Of a stretch of DNA of 64,000 nt, positions 60,496-64,000 are shown in pieces (the first letter of the stretch is position 1; the number at the start of each line of letters is the position of its first letter). The position numbers were made by a program, and so were the translations under genes. Source of the stretch: a bacterium (GTDB lineage: Bacteria > Hinthialibacterota > Hinthialibacteria > Hinthialibacterales > Hinthialibacteraceae); NCBI GenBank assembly GCA_963662285.2, contig CAXXMV010000006.1, forward strand, positions 800,001-864,000, given 5' to 3'. The notes below the pieces were generated by a model. It had not been told where the DNA came from and ran no database searches. It was given only the letters and a program-made list of their open reading frames with translations.

Positions 60496-62313
60496 TTAGA
60501 ATAGTTGCCATTCAGCAACAGGTACGGGCTGTTCAAGGGCTGATAGGTCCCAGTGGGCGTCGCGGCTGCTGAAGCTGGAGCGGCTTGGGAAGGCGAAGTT
60601 TAATCCTGGGTCTTTGACTTGCATTCCGATGTGTCCATAGGAATCGTAGCCGGTAAACATGTGTTCGATATCAGCGATATCTACTGAGAACTCGGCGGCC
60701 CAGGTGTTGGCGTCGATGATGTAGGCGTTGTATTGGAATGAAGGAGCGTTCCAATCCGTTCCGCCTGCTGTGTCGGGAGAGATGTCATCCCAGTATCCAG
60801 CTGAATCGCCGGCGAATTTTACATATTCCTGACCGTCCACCGTTCCGGGATTGGGTGCAAAGACGATTTCCCAGGAGTCGGTCTGCCATTTGAGCAGAGT
60901 ATCGTTTTCGGAGTCGGTTACCAGTGAACTGGTGTCGGGATCGACCAGAACAAAGGCGCAATATAGTTTGACGCCATCGGTCAGGATGTATGAGCGGGTC
61001 ATGTTGTAAGGCTCTCCAACGGGTAGGTAGGAGTCGTCTTCCCATTGGGAAATCTCGTTAGCCGATTCGGCGTATACTGCGTCAAGCGCGTCGTCGGTTA
61101 CGTCGGGAGCATCTGCAGGATCAATGCGGTTAACGGTGTAGTTAGGATCAACCGGTTCACTAGGAATGGTTATGATTTCGAGTTGGTCGATATAAATAGC
61201 CGCTTCAAAAGCGTCTACAGGTTCGCCGCCCACGCCTTGGATGGAAATTTCCCAACCAATCAGGCTGCCCCGGTTGGCTTCTATATCCGGATGAGCGTCC
61301 CAGGGATTTTCTTCAAAGGCGCTGAAGGATGCTGTGATGGTAGTCCATTCAGCCGATTTGGGGCCGACCGCGTCAAGATAACGGATCACTTCGCCAGTGT
61401 CGTCGCGCAGCTGGAAGACGATCAATACCGCATCGTCGACCAGGTTGTCGGGGTCGCCTTTGACTTGATAGCGTATCGCTTGATCAGCGTTAAAAGCGAA
61501 TGGCGCTTGATTCATCGAACGTACGCCAGCGTATCCCCAGATGCCGCCGTCAAAGCTCATAGCCAGTTTCATGGAGTTGGCGCCTTCAACGCTATCGGTT
61601 GATAATTGGGCTGAGCCTAGCCCTGAAGTTCCCGTTCCGGCGTAAGCGTTGGTGAGGGCGGTTTGATTCTCATATTCATAATCATCCAGCACCTGGTCGC
61701 CGCTGGCGGCGGGCGCTTCGTCGTTGATCTTTATGTTGTCGAGATAGATGGTGGCTTCATAGGGATCAATAACTTCTCCCCCAACGCCCTGAACCAAAAT
61801 TTCCCAGTTAACAATGTCTTCCAGATTGGCTGATACATCAGGATTGGCGTCCCAGGGGCTGTCTGCGAAAGCCCGGAAAGGAACTCTGATTGTTGTCCAA
61901 GCCGATGATTTGGGGCCGGTGTAATCCAGGAAGCGGGAAATTTCACCAGCGGAGTCGCGAAATTGGAAAACCAGTACTACGCCATCATTAGTAAAGTTTT
62001 CTGGATCGCCTTTGATGTCATAGGTTAAGACCTGACCATCCTGGAAAGAAAACGGTTCTGTTTCAAATGCTTGAACTCCGCAACTGCCCCATATCGCGCC
62101 GTCATAGAATAGATATAGTTCCATGGCATGAGAATCGGCGTCGAGATCGGCGAGATAGGCCTCGCCTGCACCAAGCCAGTTGTAGTTGTCAAAAATCATT
62201 CCGGGGTCTTCATACTCGAAGTCATCCAGGATGACTTCTTGAGCCTGCGCATCAGGTAAAAACGCCAGGCATAACAATAAGGTTGCGCCATACAAATAAC
62301 TTTTTGCTATCAT
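60496..62313 (-). CDS. Secreted protein with two tandem CBM11/CIA30-like domains, a CBM9-like domain and the C-terminal W-motif
   Basis: Signal peptide; internal duplication LDD(F/Y)EYE..KGDP.N...FQ.RD..GE..R.LD..GPKS..WTTI; ends VPVAEWQLF. Confidence 0.75.
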   Translation of the reverse strand: MIAKSYLYGATLLLCLAFLPDAQAQEVILDDFEYEDPGMIFDNYNWLGAGEAYLADLDADSHAMELYLFYDGAIWGSCGVQAFETEPFSFQDGQVLTYDIKGDPENFTNDGVVLVFQFRDSAGEISRFLDYTGPKSSAWTTIRVPFRAFADSPWDANPDVSANLEDIVNWEILVQGVGGEVIDPYEATIYLDNIKINDEAPAASGDQVLDDYEYENQTALTNAYAGTGTSGLGSAQLSTDSVEGANSMKLAMSFDGGIWGYAGVRSMNQAPFAFNADQAIRYQVKGDPDNLVDDAVLIVFQLRDDTGEVIRYLDAVGPKSAEWTTITASFSAFEENPWDAHPDIEANRGSLIGWEISIQGVGGEPVDAFEAAIYIDQLEIITIPSEPVDPNYTVNRIDPADAPDVTDDALDAVYAESANEISQWEDDSYLPVGEPYNMTRSYILTDGVKLYCAFVLVDPDTSSLVTDSENDTLLKWQTDSWEIVFAPNPGTVDGQEYVKFAGDSAGYWDDISPDTAGGTDWNAPSFQYNAYIIDANTWAAEFSVDIADIEHMFTGYDSYGHIGMQVKDPGLNFAFPSRSSFSSRDAHWDLSALEQPVPVAEWQLF

Positions 62314-62400
62314 TGTTTCTCCTTTTCCATATTTGAATAAAGTGTTTGGTTCCTTCCCTATAATTGGGTAAGGTTCGGATAGGGTTGGATATGTTGAAGA

Positions 62401-62440
62401 ACAACCCCCCTCTAACTCCCCCCCAACTTGGGGGGAGAAT
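62401..62440. repeat. CAACCCCCTCT...GGGGGAGA REP-like arm
   Basis: acaacccccctctaactcccccccaacttgggggggagaat; same family as the 16788, 18002 and 63806 elements. Confidence 0.7.
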
Positions 62441-62509
62441 GTGAGGTCTAATATTATTTTAATGGAAGTTGGTGATAAAACAATTATTGCGGAAAGGGAT
62501 TGTTTCTTA

Positions 62510-63748
62510 TCATGAAGCGAATGATTCGAAATTGTTTCCAAAGAGACGCTTAACGTCGCGCTGGATTTCTTCTTCGGTAACAGTCCAACCGGAAATAAGT
62601 ATATCTGAATACTTATCGGTCAGGACATCGGCGATGATGCGTCGTGAGTGAGGCCATTTATAGAGCAGCTGATCCAGCACCCGCGCATCGGAATGCTGCG
62701 GTACGAAACTCCATCCCAATAGTTCCAGGCGTTCGCGGGTGATCTCTTCGATGATGCTGGGATTATTCATATACCACCAGCAGCCGAAGGGCAGCAGGTT
62801 GCCGAATTTCCGTGCGATGATGCATAGTTCATGCTGGTTCTCGCGGCTCAACATGGTTACCAGGAACCGGTTGTCAGGATGTTTCAGGCATAAATTTTCG
62901 ACGCAGGATAGATCGGTGCGTCCCACGCTGTCGCCCGCCAGTTGCAATTCGGGATTAAGCAGTTTCTTGACGCCGATCATGGCGGCGAAGGGCAGGTTGC
63001 GTTCACGGGCGAAAGGCAGAATGCAGGTTTTGAGAATACGGGTGCGGATGCTGTCATCGGGATATTTGAAACTGGGCGGCAGTGAAACCGCCAGATAACG
63101 CGGATTGATGCGGTCCGACCAATCACTCAGGAAGCGGCGCACCTCTTTAGCCGAAGCATCGGTGAAATCGGTTCCAACCTCATAACCCGTTTGGCGCAAC
63201 GTCGAAGAGGCGACATCCCAATCCATTAATAATGGATCAATGCGCAGAGCAGCCTGAAAGCGGGGATGATTGGAACCGACATTATCCCATACTTCGCGCT
63301 CTACCGGATCGAAGGGATCATTGGTCATCACGGCGTAGGTTACATTGGCTTTTTGGAAAACCGTCTCTATATATTGATCAACTGTTTGTTCACGGAAATA
63401 AGCGCGGATTGATTCGAGGTCGCGTTCAGCTGGATCGAATCCCAGTGACTGAATGCAGGTGACGACGCCCCGGCATGCTTCAGAAATGGGAGCGCGTTCG
63501 ATGAACAGATGCTTCCAGATATGATCGGCCTGTTCAGTTTTTGACATTGACCAGTATTGCGCATAAGGTATGGGATCAACGCGCATTACTTCCGCTACCA
63601 GGTAATGGTATGTCAGAAGTTCGTCGATGCCCCATAGCAGGATAGAACCGAAAGACGGGGGGAATAAATGGGTGTGCATATCCACCACTAGCGTCTCGTG
63701 GACAATATCATTTACGGTCTGTTCTATATTAGTTATGGAAATAGTCAT
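62510..63748 (-). CDS. Glucuronate (uronate) isomerase-like amidohydrolase
   Basis: DMHTH, LLTYHY, GCWWY.N and QHSDARVLDQL.YKW.H. Confidence 0.85.
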   Translation of the reverse strand: MTISITNIEQTVNDIVHETLVVDMHTHLFPPSFGSILLWGIDELLTYHYLVAEVMRVDPIPYAQYWSMSKTEQADHIWKHLFIERAPISEACRGVVTCIQSLGFDPAERDLESIRAYFREQTVDQYIETVFQKANVTYAVMTNDPFDPVEREVWDNVGSNHPRFQAALRIDPLLMDWDVASSTLRQTGYEVGTDFTDASAKEVRRFLSDWSDRINPRYLAVSLPPSFKYPDDSIRTRILKTCILPFARERNLPFAAMIGVKKLLNPELQLAGDSVGRTDLSCVENLCLKHPDNRFLVTMLSRENQHELCIIARKFGNLLPFGCWWYMNNPSIIEEITRERLELLGWSFVPQHSDARVLDQLLYKWPHSRRIIADVLTDKYSDILISGWTVTEEEIQRDVKRLFGNNFESFAS

Positions 63749-63805
63749 TTAATGCTCTCCAGTTTTCTCTGATGCAATCATGGTAAGTACTTAGTAATAT
63801 CATAA

Positions 63806-63895
63806 TTCCTCAACAAGTTTGGGGGAGGTTAGGAGGGGGTTGTTTGGTCGAAACGCAACCCCCCTCTAACTCCCCCCAGGCTTGGAGGGAGAATT
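63806..63895. repeat. Back-to-back REP arms of the same family
   Basis: caagtttgggggaggttaggagggggttg ... caaccccctctaactccccccaggcttggagggagaatt. Confidence 0.7.
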
Positions 63896-64000
63896 CTATC
63901 ATCAATGCTTTGTATCAAGCATAGTTTATATCTTATCACTTTATTCGGATATCACGTAAAGTTCCGAATATGATATGCATATCATACTGCTTGACAAGGT

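Noticed and set aside
61045-61602. 185-aa plus-strand ORF and similar long antisense ORFs (e.g. 2407-2931, 29093-29527)
   Set aside because: They overlap well-supported genes on the opposite strand and lack motifs or ribosome binding sites.

Overview
A bacterial chromosomal window with mostly housekeeping genes (fba, lysA, guaA, scpA-scpB-rluB, topA, a U32 peptidase, a uronate isomerase-like gene), two convergent tRNAs (Arg-CCG, Ala-GGC) and many accessory genes. The accessory genes include a pyruvoyl arginine decarboxylase/deoxyhypusine synthase-like/agmatinase polyamine operon, an ECF sigma/anti-sigma/mini-MotA cluster, a YtrA-ABC operon, intact and decayed toxin-antitoxin genes, a frameshifted APS reductase, a C5 methyltransferase-HNH cassette, two Tat-exported sugar-isomerase-fold proteins and several large secreted proteins. 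At least four families of REP/MITE-like palindromes occupy the intergenic spaces. The strongest unexplained signal is that four otherwise unrelated signal-peptide proteins end in the same exactly spaced tail, [T/V]-x-V-x-x-W-x-x-[Y/F/Q]-stop, a candidate protein-sorting signal. The second is two candidate small RNAs 24 kb apart (about 20.3-20.5 kb and 44.2-44.3 kb) that are complementary to each other, like an sRNA and its sponge. The gene style resembles Sumerlaeota/OLB16-type candidate lineages, but this is only an impression. All calls come from reading the sequence and ORF track; no searches were run.
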